Positions 28,310 through 37,002 of a DNA stretch of 64,000 nucleotides are shown here, in pieces (positions within the stretch are counted from its first letter, which is position 1; each line of letters begins with the position of its first letter). The position numbers and the translations under genes are program-made. A model generated the notes under the pieces. The model did no database searches. It was not told the DNA's origin and was given only the letters and a program-made list of their open reading frames with translations. Source of the DNA: an uncultured Prevotella sp. (GTDB taxonomy: Bacteria; Bacteroidota; Bacteroidia; Bacteroidales; Bacteroidaceae); the NCBI GenBank assembly GCA_900318395.1, contig ONKL01000003.1, positions 7,242-71,241 of the forward strand, read 5' to 3'.

Positions 28310-28526
28310 GGTGTTTTTTTTGAAACGACCAAGGGATTAGGAGTTTTTTATTCAAAAACTTGCATTTTGCATCGAATAGCAAGGCAACAGCCTGTCAGAT
28401 GTTGATTCCCATGACTCTCTTCACAGGATGTTATAGTTTGATGTTATGTAAAGAATTTGTTTACAGAGGCAATTTGTATTCAAGGAACTGACGAAAGATG
28501 TGCTCGCTGACTGCAAGCTTTTGTCT

Positions 28527-28560
28527 AGCCTTTCTGCCTGCCACAGAAGCACCCCGCATT
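28527..28560 (+). repeat. 34-bp direct repeat, copy 2 (non-coding fragment of the TolB-like gene)
   Basis: 32/34 match to 26964-26997. Confidence 0.9.
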
Positions 28561-28781
28561 GCCATATTTTATATTTCCAAACTTTTTTCTATTATAATAA
28601 CATTTATGTTTTTTAGAGGAGCTGTCAGAGCCTTTGTAAACTTGGAATACACCATGTCTTGTAGTGAAAAGGTGACTGACTCATAAATCTATCTTTGTTG
28701 ACGCTATTACCAGTGTAGTGCCTGAAGTTCTTCCTGAGGAAGAGCATCAAACAGGGGCGCAACGACTGTGACAGTCGCGTT

Positions 28782-28869
28782 TGGAGCCTCCAAACGTAGT
28801 AAATGGAGCCTCCAAACGTAATGAATGGAGCCTCCAAACGTAATGAATTGAGCCTCCAAACAAGTCCTT
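28782..28869. repeat. 22-bp tandem array, 4 units (TGGAGCCTCCAAACGTAATGAA)
   Basis: Units at 28782, 28804, 28826, 28848. Confidence 0.92.
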
Positions 28870-28881
28870 GCGGCGAGTCGG

Positions 28882-28962
28882 TGAGGTACGTAGGGCGTTA
28901 GTGTTGAGCTACGTAGGTCGTGGGTGTTGAGGTACGTAGCTCGATGCCTGTGAGGTACGTAC
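28882..28962. repeat. 23-bp period array, 4 units (core TGAGGTACGTAG)
   Basis: Cores at 28882, 28905, 28928, 28951 with variable 11-nt linkers. Confidence 0.88.
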
Positions 28963-29004
28963 TTCAAAATTGTCGGATTGATTTTGAAATTTATTTTGTT
29001 TAAA

Positions 29005-29372
29005 CCTTCACCCATTCACATTGCGTAGTAAATATCTAATTACCAATTATTTAGATTGTATTTTCTTCATTATAAACATTCACCATCATTCACCAACATT
29101 CACACTAAAGAGATGACAAATTGAGTAGAAATAGGCTGTTTTGTTAAATAAATTTAGGATCTCCGCCTGAAAATTTAGTATCTCTATAGCAGCGATAAAT
29201 GGCACTTATTGCGCAATAAATGCCGCTTGTTGCATAAAAAGTGCCACTTATTTTGAGTTAATTTTGAATGTTTTGCTAATATTGGTGAAGGATGGTGAAG
29301 GATTATACCATGTATTATATGGAATAATCTTCTGATTATAAATAATATAATTCTTAATGTGAATGATGAATG
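29005..29372. repeat. nested inverted TTCACC/GGTGAA arms enclosing 21-bp period repeats (origin-like)
   Basis: 29077-29096 vs 29282-29301 (18/20 inverted); 29013-29022 vs 29356-29365 (10/10); direct repeats at 29150/29171 and 29195/29216/29237. Confidence 0.8.
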
Positions 29373-29391
29373 GTATTTTTAAATGAAATAG

Positions 29392-29423
29392 TTTGGAAAT
29401 TGATGGAAAATGTTGTATCTTTG
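29392..29423 (+). promoter_or_regulatory. Bacteroidetes promoter for the VirE-like gene
   Basis: TTTG 29392-29395, 20-nt spacer, TATCTTTG 29416-29423. Confidence 0.8.
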
Positions 29424-29457
29424 CACCTTTGTAAATAAAAGAAATTCAAAAATAGAC

Positions 29458-31593
29458 ATGAAAGTAACCGTTTTTAAGCGAAAAGGTACCAAAGAGACCG
29501 TTGTACGAGAGGATATGAACATGATTGTCGATGCAATATCGGGCGGAAAGTACGTCAATGAGGTGCATCGGCTGCGTCAATATTACCATCTGATGAGTCC
29601 ACACTGGACGGAAGATGGCAAGATGAAGACAAACTTCGACTTCAAGTTGATGCTGCCTCGTCTCTGTTTCGCTGCAGAGATTGACAAGTATCGTAAGGAG
29701 CACCGTGTGCTGAACTATAATGGCCTTATCGTATTGGAGGCCAACAATCTTGCTGACTACGATGAGGCTATCAAGATACGTAACATCGCCGCACGTCTGC
29801 CTCAGACGATGATGGCTTTCCTCGGGGCCAGCGGAAGGAGCGTGAAGATCGTATGCCGAGGTGAGCTGTTGCCAGACAATGGCGGAGGGCTACCTGCAGA
29901 CGCTGATGACATCGAGCGTTTCCACCTGGCACTCTACAAGACAGCCCGAAAGGCTTATAACGCCCAGCTTGATATCACGCTTGATGTCGTAAAACCGCTG
30001 ATACACAGAACGATATACATGACGACCGACCCAGAGATGACCTATCGCTCGCAGGCCATACCTTTCTATATAGATATGACAGATGGAAAGGCGATGCGGA
30101 AGACGACACTCGAGGAGGCGGCCCCAGAGGCTGCCCACTACCTGATGCCGGGGCGCACGCTGAAGCAGACGTATATCCTTAACTTCCAGTTTATCCTGAC
30201 TGAAGTGATGGGGCGCTACTTCGACTTGCCCAGTGAGGAGCGCACGGGGGAACTGCTGATGCAGGTGGCTGCCAAGTGTCTGGAGCAGGGTATCCCTGAG
30301 CAGCAGGCAATCAATCTCACGATGTGCCATCCCGCACTGAACATGGACAAGCTGCTTGTGGAGATGACCTTCCAGAACATCTATTCAGTGAAGAACATGG
30401 AGAATTATCAGAAGCGGAACAAGATCCGTCCGCTGAAGAGCGTCCCAGAGGACACCTTGCTGATGATGAAGACGGACATCTTCCTGCATACCCACTACGA
30501 GATGCGCAAGAATGTGATGACGGGCGTGGCCCAGTATCGGGAGAACAACGGTGAGGATGACGAGTTCCGCGACCTTGACGACGAGGCCCGCAACGAGATG
30601 ACCATGCGCGCCAAGGAGATGGGACTGAAGACGTGGGATCGGGACATTGCCCGCTTCATCGAGTCACCACGCATCGAGAAGTACGATCCTGTGAACACAT
30701 GGCTCGACGGCCTGCGCCCCTGGGACGGCAAGGATCGCATCAAGGCACTCGCCGAACGTGTGCCCACCAGTCAGCCCCACTGGGAGGCGTATCTGCACAC
30801 TTGGCTGCTCGGCATGGTGGCCCACTGGCAGGGTAAGCAGTCGCTCACGGGTAATGCCCTCGTACCGCTATTGATAGGTCGCCAGGGGTGTGGCAAGTCG
30901 AGTTTCTGCCGCATCCTGCTGCCCAAAGTGCTGCGCGACTACTACAACGACCGCATCAACTTCAAGAACGAGACGGACCTGAACCTTGGCCTCACCTCAT
31001 TTGCGCTGATCAACATCGACGAGTTTGACAAGACGACAGCCCGACAGCAGATCCTGCTGAAGTATCTGCTCTCGACGGCTGACGTGAAGTTCCGCCCGCC
31101 TTACGGAAAGGCTTATAAACAGTACCGCCGCTATGCCTCGTTCATCGGCACCACCAACCAGCCCAAGCCGCTCACGGATCCCACGGGTTCGCGTCGTTTC
31201 GTCTGTGTGGAGGTGACAGACCTGATAGACTTTACCGACAACCTCGAGCACGAGCAGATCTTTGCGCAGCTGAAGGCAGAGATTGAGCAGGGGCGCCGCT
31301 ACTTCCTCAACGACGAGGAGATAGCGCGGCTGATTGAGGAAAACGAGCGTTTCCAGCGCATCGACTCATTGGAGGAGATGATTTCCAGCCTCTTCCGCAA
31401 GCCAGAGGGTGGTGAGAAGGGAATCTGGCTCTCTGCTGCCGAGGTGCTGGAGAAGCTACAGGCCCGCTACGGCAAGGCTTCACTGAAGAGCTACAATCCC
31501 GAGAAAGTTGGCAACAGCCTGAGCAGCCGCCGTTTCAGTTTCGAGACAGAACACAAGCGCAAAGGCAACTGTTATCTGTTGGTGGAGGTATAG
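29458..31593 (+). CDS. BT4734-like N-terminal domain plus VirE/VapE helicase (primase-helicase-like)
   Basis: YNGLIVLE, AFLGASGRSVKI; Walker A GRQGCGKS, Walker B LINIDEFD, RPPYG, SFIGTTN...LTDPTGSRRF; start reset after the promoter. Confidence 0.88.
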   Translation: MKVTVFKRKGTKETVVREDMNMIVDAISGGKYVNEVHRLRQYYHLMSPHWTEDGKMKTNFDFKLMLPRLCFAAEIDKYRKEHRVLNYNGLIVLEANNLADYDEAIKIRNIAARLPQTMMAFLGASGRSVKIVCRGELLPDNGGGLPADADDIERFHLALYKTARKAYNAQLDITLDVVKPLIHRTIYMTTDPEMTYRSQAIPFYIDMTDGKAMRKTTLEEAAPEAAHYLMPGRTLKQTYILNFQFILTEVMGRYFDLPSEERTGELLMQVAAKCLEQGIPEQQAINLTMCHPALNMDKLLVEMTFQNIYSVKNMENYQKRNKIRPLKSVPEDTLLMMKTDIFLHTHYEMRKNVMTGVAQYRENNGEDDEFRDLDDEARNEMTMRAKEMGLKTWDRDIARFIESPRIEKYDPVNTWLDGLRPWDGKDRIKALAERVPTSQPHWEAYLHTWLLGMVAHWQGKQSLTGNALVPLLIGRQGCGKSSFCRILLPKVLRDYYNDRINFKNETDLNLGLTSFALINIDEFDKTTARQQILLKYLLSTADVKFRPPYGKAYKQYRRYASFIGTTNQPKPLTDPTGSRRFVCVEVTDLIDFTDNLEHEQIFAQLKAEIEQGRRYFLNDEEIARLIEENERFQRIDSLEEMISSLFRKPEGGEKGIWLSAAEVLEKLQARYGKASLKSYNPEKVGNSLSSRRFSFETEHKRKGNCYLLVEV

Positions 31594-31594
31594 T

Positions 31595-31617
31595 GCCCCA
31601 AAACTGAGTTTTGGGGC
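31595..31617. terminator. hairpin between convergent genes
   Basis: GCCCCAAAAC-TGA-GTTTTGGGGC, perfect 10-bp stem but no U-tract. Confidence 0.55.
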
Positions 31618-31635
31618 CTGACCCCAGAGAGTAGT

Positions 31636-33144
31636 TTAGGGTCGTACTTTTACTTCGGCGCGCTTATCTGACGATATTTCGCGGCCTGCTTCGTGGGCAT
31701 CAAATTCGACCTTCGCCTTTGTGAAATCGGGGGTGTTGAAGGAGTAGACGCTCTCATCGTAGTACTCTTTCGGATGGCGCTGGGGGAGCATGAAGGGCTT
31801 TGAGAAACGACCCTTGTCATCGATAGATGCCAGATAGAGGCGGCTGTAGAGCCCATCGTCCCTACGACTGGTAAAGACGATCCAGCGCGAGTTTGTCGTC
31901 CAGTTATGATAGCTGTCTGCCTTCGGGCTGTTGATCTCCTTCAGCTCGCGCGCCTCGCCCGTAGAGAGATCCAGCAGCCATTGCTCGCTCTCTTCGTGCC
32001 AGATAGAGAAGTAGCCGTAATCCATCAGGGTAAAAAGGATATACTTACCATCATAGCTGGGGCGCGGCCAGGTCAGGCTCTTGCCCATCGCTACGGCATT
32101 AAAGATGGTGTCTACCCTTTCGCCATACGTCCCCGCCTCAGGATTGAAGGCAATCTTGCAGAGATTATATTGCTCGTCCTTATAATGCATCGGATAATCC
32201 TGCTGGTGACAGGTCATGTAGTAAAGCGTCTTGCCGTCAGGAGAGAATACGGGGGAGTTCTCGCTCCAGTCCTTCGTGGAGAGCAGCGAGTCCTTGATGA
32301 TCTCATGGGTGGCGGGATCGTAGACGAACACATCGCTCGAGAGGTCGAAGACTTCGATGCGCTCATTGGGCACGACGTGGAATCCCTGGCGCGTCTGATT
32401 CGTAGAGAAGGCGCAATACTTGCCGCTGGGATGCCAATAGGGATAAACCATCGAGCCTCCGAGCTGTTCGTTGCTGGCCTTCAGCCACTCTCGCTGCCCA
32501 TCGATCTGGAACATCGTGGCCCCATGATCGCCACGCACATGGAATACGAAGCGCGAGGGATCGGTCTGATGGGCTGAATGACAGTTGACGCACATGCCTG
32601 GCACCTGCGTGTTCTCGATGATGGGATATTCGTCGAAGGTGGAAAGATCGCGCTGATAGAGTCCCATCTTGCTGAACACCTCATAGCCTGGAGCGATGCG
32701 GCGATAGGTGAGTCCCCACTCGTCGATGGCATAGGGGCTGACATAGACCTTGAAGTCCTTGTATTGCTTCCATTGCGCATCTTGTCTCATGCAGACCGTG
32801 AACGTGAGCTCTCCGCCCTTGTTCTGAAGTGTCAGCTGGTGCCAGTCATCGATATCGAAATCAGCGACATCGCCCTGGGCATGCAGTTCTCCGCCCTTCG
32901 AGCCTTTCACGACCACATCGATACAGTCGATGCCATCGTCGGCGCCATTGAAATTCAGCGGTGCGATCTCTGCAGGAATCGTCACGCCCACATAGTCAGG
33001 ATAAATATCGGGCAGCGTATCCTGCATCACGACATCCGTTGGTGTCGAGGTGCAGGAGGTGAAAAGTGAAAAGTGAAAGGTGAAAAGTATTCCCATCACT
33101 ATCCCATTCATTCTCCCTCTCAAACCGATGCTTTTTCTAATCAT
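31636..33144 (-). CDS. TolB/PD40 beta-propeller lipoprotein with CxxCH motif (paralog 2)
   Basis: Lipobox FTSC; CVNCH; YPYWHPSGK, FSPDGK, HNWTTNSRW. Confidence 0.85.
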   Translation of the reverse strand: MIRKSIGLRGRMNGIVMGILFTFHFSLFTSCTSTPTDVVMQDTLPDIYPDYVGVTIPAEIAPLNFNGADDGIDCIDVVVKGSKGGELHAQGDVADFDIDDWHQLTLQNKGGELTFTVCMRQDAQWKQYKDFKVYVSPYAIDEWGLTYRRIAPGYEVFSKMGLYQRDLSTFDEYPIIENTQVPGMCVNCHSAHQTDPSRFVFHVRGDHGATMFQIDGQREWLKASNEQLGGSMVYPYWHPSGKYCAFSTNQTRQGFHVVPNERIEVFDLSSDVFVYDPATHEIIKDSLLSTKDWSENSPVFSPDGKTLYYMTCHQQDYPMHYKDEQYNLCKIAFNPEAGTYGERVDTIFNAVAMGKSLTWPRPSYDGKYILFTLMDYGYFSIWHEESEQWLLDLSTGEARELKEINSPKADSYHNWTTNSRWIVFTSRRDDGLYSRLYLASIDDKGRFSKPFMLPQRHPKEYYDESVYSFNTPDFTKAKVEFDAHEAGREISSDKRAEVKVRP

Positions 33145-33148
33145 AACT
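33030..33148 (-). repeat. 119-bp inverted repeat, copy B
   Basis: Reverse complement aligns to 25657-25775. Confidence 0.9.
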
Positions 33149-33150
33149 TT

Positions 33151-34839
33151 TCACTTCACAAGATAATACCATACTGTATTTCTGAATCTAGCCAATTCGG
33201 GCGAATTCTTGTCTTTAGAGTAAACCCGCGCAAAGTCGATCATCTGCTGACGAATCAGTTGATTGACAAGACCCTGAGGGGGCTGCTGCTGTCGCTGCAT
33301 AAAGGCGAAGGCAATGCCCTCCTGACAACTACGCGGATTATACGGCATCTTGCTCTGCACATACTGGGCGTAGTTCATGAAGCGCGGGATATCCCTGTCG
33401 AGCAGCGGAATCATCAGCAGATACTGCGTGGCCATCTGGTTCTGATGGTTGTGTATGAACAGTTGTCCGCAGATCTTATCGAGCTCGCGCTCGCTGAACA
33501 GGAGGTCATCCTGCAGGCGATACTGTCGCAATGCGCCGTAAAGCGGATGCTCGTTGATGGCTTTCTCATTGCCCAGCATCTGGATGGTGCGCTGCGCCCA
33601 GGGGCGGTAGAAGACGGTCTTCTCCAACAGGCGCAGATACTTCTCTGCCACCTTGTACTGGCCATTGATCAGGTTGGTCTCAGCAAGACGCTTCACCACG
33701 CGCGCACTCTTATTGTAATTAGGTATGGCCTCCATCGCCTCGAAAGCAAAGCGCTGGGCCGTGTTGATCAGTCCGAGGTGGAAGTAGATCTCACCACTCA
33801 GCTGAGCCGTAGCGAAATTACGCTCGAACTTCGGCAGCAAGCCCTCTGTGCCATGCTGGTAGAAGTCGAAGGCGCGCTCGCCAAGCTGATCCGTCATGCC
33901 CAGGGCAAGATTGGTGGCACTGACGCTCATCGGCAAGTCGGGCATCTGTTTCTCGGCCTTGGCGATGATGCTGTTCCAATCACCAATGCGCACCAGATAG
34001 TCGTATTCGATGAGTTCGTACTTCTTCTTCTCAAAGCCCAAGTCCACTAAACCGCCCATCAGCAGCATCATCACGACAGCCTCAGCCATTTCGACCTTCT
34101 GGCTTGCCTTCGGAAACAGGCGGACAAAATTCCCAATGACAAATATCACCACAGGAATAGCCATCAACATATAGGGCAACGTGACTGGGACCCGATAGTA
34201 GCTGATGCCGAGCATGACCCGCATCATCGGGAAGGGAAGCCACTGCGCGCTGAACAGCATCAGCGCAAGGACATAGACGACTGCCAGCGGCATCAGGAAC
34301 AGGGCTGGCAGAAGAGCCAGCGGCCCGATAAACCAGTAAAGCAGTGGCATCAGGACAAGGACCACCTGCAGCTTCCTGATGGTCGCAGGCATATCATAGC
34401 CCCACGAACGGAAAAGACTGCCAAGGACCCACACGGCTGCCAACGCCATCGCCAAGGCTACGACATAGGTCAGCATGACGTTCTCGTCGCCCATGGCATA
34501 CCACAGCATCGTGACTGGGATAAAACTCAGGGCATAATGACTCGCAGAGAACATCAGCCGCCACGTGAGCCGCTGCACCAGCATCAAAAGCAAAGCGATT
34601 ATGACAGCGCCAATCGTGACACCGTTATAGAACTGCACAAGGAACTCTGCCAGATACCTCGCCAGTCCGCCGGGCTCAGACATGCGCTCGCAGAAGTAGT
34701 CGCCGTCGAAAAGGAACATCTGCAACTGCTCCTGATAAGTCAGCACAAAGGGGTAACGGAATCTCCAGAAAAGAAATACCGCCACGCCGAAGACCAGCGT
34801 CAGCAACAGATGGGCATGTTTACTCAGGAATCTCTTCAT
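33151..34839 (-). CDS. DUF6057-like membrane/TPR protein (paralog 2)
   Basis: YQEQLQMFL, PGGLARYLAEFLVQFY, RLAETN, AEKYLRLLEKTVFY..WA; start MKRF chosen. Confidence 0.8.
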   Translation of the reverse strand: MKRFLSKHAHLLLTLVFGVAVFLFWRFRYPFVLTYQEQLQMFLFDGDYFCERMSEPGGLARYLAEFLVQFYNGVTIGAVIIALLLMLVQRLTWRLMFSASHYALSFIPVTMLWYAMGDENVMLTYVVALAMALAAVWVLGSLFRSWGYDMPATIRKLQVVLVLMPLLYWFIGPLALLPALFLMPLAVVYVLALMLFSAQWLPFPMMRVMLGISYYRVPVTLPYMLMAIPVVIFVIGNFVRLFPKASQKVEMAEAVVMMLLMGGLVDLGFEKKKYELIEYDYLVRIGDWNSIIAKAEKQMPDLPMSVSATNLALGMTDQLGERAFDFYQHGTEGLLPKFERNFATAQLSGEIYFHLGLINTAQRFAFEAMEAIPNYNKSARVVKRLAETNLINGQYKVAEKYLRLLEKTVFYRPWAQRTIQMLGNEKAINEHPLYGALRQYRLQDDLLFSERELDKICGQLFIHNHQNQMATQYLLMIPLLDRDIPRFMNYAQYVQSKMPYNPRSCQEGIAFAFMQRQQQPPQGLVNQLIRQQMIDFARVYSKDKNSPELARFRNTVWYYLVK

Positions 34840-35506
34840 TCGTATCGGCATTCATCGTTACAACACGGCCATCGGGGTATTTCCGCTTATATGTCAGGGG
34901 GAAGAGCTCGTTGAGGAACTCGCCAAAAACCTGACCATCGAGGCTTTTCGCCATCTGGCGTGAATAGTTCTTGTAAACCAGGTGGAAACTGTCGGCACGC
35001 TGCTGGAAATACTTTGCCTGCACGGTGTCGCCCTGCTGACGAAGTCCCGCAATGATCTTGCGCATTTTTGCCAGTTGGAGGTTATGCATCTCCGTGCGTA
35101 CCTTCCACTGCTCGAGAGAATCGTTCTGAGGCGTTCCTACAGCATGGCTGACGGTATCGATGGTCACACGGATGGTGCCAGGCTCGCCTACGACGAGCAA
35201 TGGCTGGAGGCCGAAGCGGAAGTGATAGTCGAGCAGTATCTGGTACATCTTCACAGAGTCGGGTGAGAAGTGGAACTTTCCGTCCTTAATCTCCATGCTG
35301 TCTACATACTCTGCTGTCTTAGGGCCTTTAATCGGCACCAAGAAAATACGCTTGCCCTCATACTGCTCACCATTGACAGTACCTTCGATATGGCATTTGC
35401 CATCGTTCTGCTGGCAGGCAGATAAGAGTAAAAAGGTAAAAAGGTAAAAAGGTAAAACCTTCATGCCTATCCTTTTCACTTGATACAATACTTCTCTAGT
35501 CTTCAT
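34820..35506 (-). CDS. DUF4369-like lipoprotein
   Basis: Lipobox LSAC; I.GTV...DS..IKDGKF.F; EPG.I.V; GTPQNDSL. Alternative start at 35464. Confidence 0.75.
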   Translation of the reverse strand: MKTREVLYQVKRIGMKVLPFYLFTFLLLSACQQNDGKCHIEGTVNGEQYEGKRIFLVPIKGPKTAEYVDSMEIKDGKFHFSPDSVKMYQILLDYHFRFGLQPLLVVGEPGTIRVTIDTVSHAVGTPQNDSLEQWKVRTEMHNLQLAKMRKIIAGLRQQGDTVQAKYFQQRADSFHLVYKNYSRQMAKSLDGQVFGEFLNELFPLTYKRKYPDGRVVTMNADTNEEIPE

Positions 35507-35517
35507 ATTTTGAATTT

Positions 35518-37002
35518 TTACATTTTTACATTTTTACATTTTACATTGACAATCGCCCTGCGTTTGTCGAACACCTGGCGATAAGCCTCGTGCGCATCAA
35601 ACTGAACTTTTGTCTTCGTGAAATCAGGACAATTATAGGCATCCATCATCTCACGATAATACTTCTTGGGATGACGCTGAGGCAGGAGGAAGGGTTTAGA
35701 GACCCTGCCTCGCTCATCGATCGTGGCAAAATAGAGCTTGGTGTACATCCCATCCTCGCGCTTGGAGGCAAAGACAAACCAACGGCTATTCTCGCTCCAG
35801 TTATGGAAGCTATCGCTCTGATCGCTGTTCACTTCTTTGAGTTCACGAGTCGCACCAGTCTTCAGATCCATCAGCCATAGATCGGCATCGCTCTGAGAAA
35901 CAGGAAAATTGCCTCGGCTGCTGACACAGTACATCAGCCATTGCCCATCGTAGGAGGGACGTGCCAATACATAGCTCTGATCCGTTGCGGGACCACTGAG
36001 AAGGGTATCAACCGTCTCGCCAAACTGACCTGTAGCTGCATCGAACGCAATACGGCAGAGCGAGCACTTCACCTTCTCGTATTCTGCTGGCACGCGACAA
36101 GGCTTTGACGTACTGTAGTAGAGCCACTTGCCGTCAGGAGAGAATGCAGGGAATATCTCCAGATCGTCTGTCTGCAGCAGCGGCGAGAGGATGAGCTCGT
36201 TAGTGCGGATATCGAGCACTTCGACGTTGCTAAAACTGTGATAGACCTCAATGCGCTGACCTGTCCCCGTAAAGAAGCTCTGATGCACAGAGTTCACGGC
36301 CAAAGCAACATAATCGCCTGCGGGGTGCCAATAGCTGTAGGAACCTGCAGCCTTCGTAGAGTCCGTCTTTGTCTCCACCCAAACCTGATGGCCGTCTTTC
36401 TGTATCATCGTTCCGCCGCCTTCACCACGCATCTGAAGCGTCAGACGATTGGGATTCGTGCGGTTGGCTGTATGGCAATTGAAACAGCGCCCAGGCACCA
36501 CCGTCTCAGTCAAAATGGCATATTCATCGAAGGTGTGGATATCACGCTGATAGATGCCTATGTCGCCCCCCACCTCGTAGCCAGGCTTGATCCTGCGATA
36601 GGTTACGCCCCAATCATCGAGGGGGGCTTCACTGACAAAGACCTCAAAATCGTTATACTGCCTCCAATGTCCATCCGTCTCGACACGAACCGTGAATGTA
36701 ATCTTGCCACCACGGTTCTGCTCTGTCAATGCCCGCCAGTCGTCTATATCGAAGTCAGCCCAAGATCCTTCCGAGTGAATCTCGCCGCCCTTACTGCCAG
36801 AGGCAACAACATCCATACGGTCGAAATCCTCATTAACCATGTCAAAGTTCAGTGGGGCAATATCCGCAGGAATCGTCACACCGATATAGTCGGGATAGAT
36901 TTCAGGCAGGGCATCCAACTTAGCGACATCCTTAGGCGATGATGTGCAGGAAATGCAGAAACTATAAACTATAAACAGTAAACTATAGCCAATCCCCTTC
37001 AT
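35518..37002 (-). CDS. TolB/PD40 beta-propeller lipoprotein with CxxCH motif (paralog 3)
   Basis: Start MKGIG overlaps the upstream stop (ATGA); lipobox CISC; CFNCH; FSPDGK. Confidence 0.85.
   Translation of the reverse strand: MKGIGYSLLFIVYSFCISCTSSPKDVAKLDALPEIYPDYIGVTIPADIAPLNFDMVNEDFDRMDVVASGSKGGEIHSEGSWADFDIDDWRALTEQNRGGKITFTVRVETDGHWRQYNDFEVFVSEAPLDDWGVTYRRIKPGYEVGGDIGIYQRDIHTFDEYAILTETVVPGRCFNCHTANRTNPNRLTLQMRGEGGGTMIQKDGHQVWVETKTDSTKAAGSYSYWHPAGDYVALAVNSVHQSFFTGTGQRIEVYHSFSNVEVLDIRTNELILSPLLQTDDLEIFPAFSPDGKWLYYSTSKPCRVPAEYEKVKCSLCRIAFDAATGQFGETVDTLLSGPATDQSYVLARPSYDGQWLMYCVSSRGNFPVSQSDADLWLMDLKTGATRELKEVNSDQSDSFHNWSENSRWFVFASKREDGMYTKLYFATIDERGRVSKPFLLPQRHPKKYYREMMDAYNCPDFTKTKVQFDAHEAYRQVFDKRRAIVNVKCKNVKM

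Noticed and set aside
28452-28526. Possible GNAT acetyltransferase N-terminal remnant (FVFKELTKDVLADCKL)
   Set aside because: Too short, has no start codon, and the resemblance is from memory only.
28782-28962. CRISPR array
   Set aside because: Periods of 22-23 bp leave at most 11-nt linkers; only four units per array; no cas genes.
25657-33148. DGR template/variable repeat pair
   Set aside because: Mismatches are not adenine-specific, the repeat covers signal peptides, and no reverse transcriptase is present.
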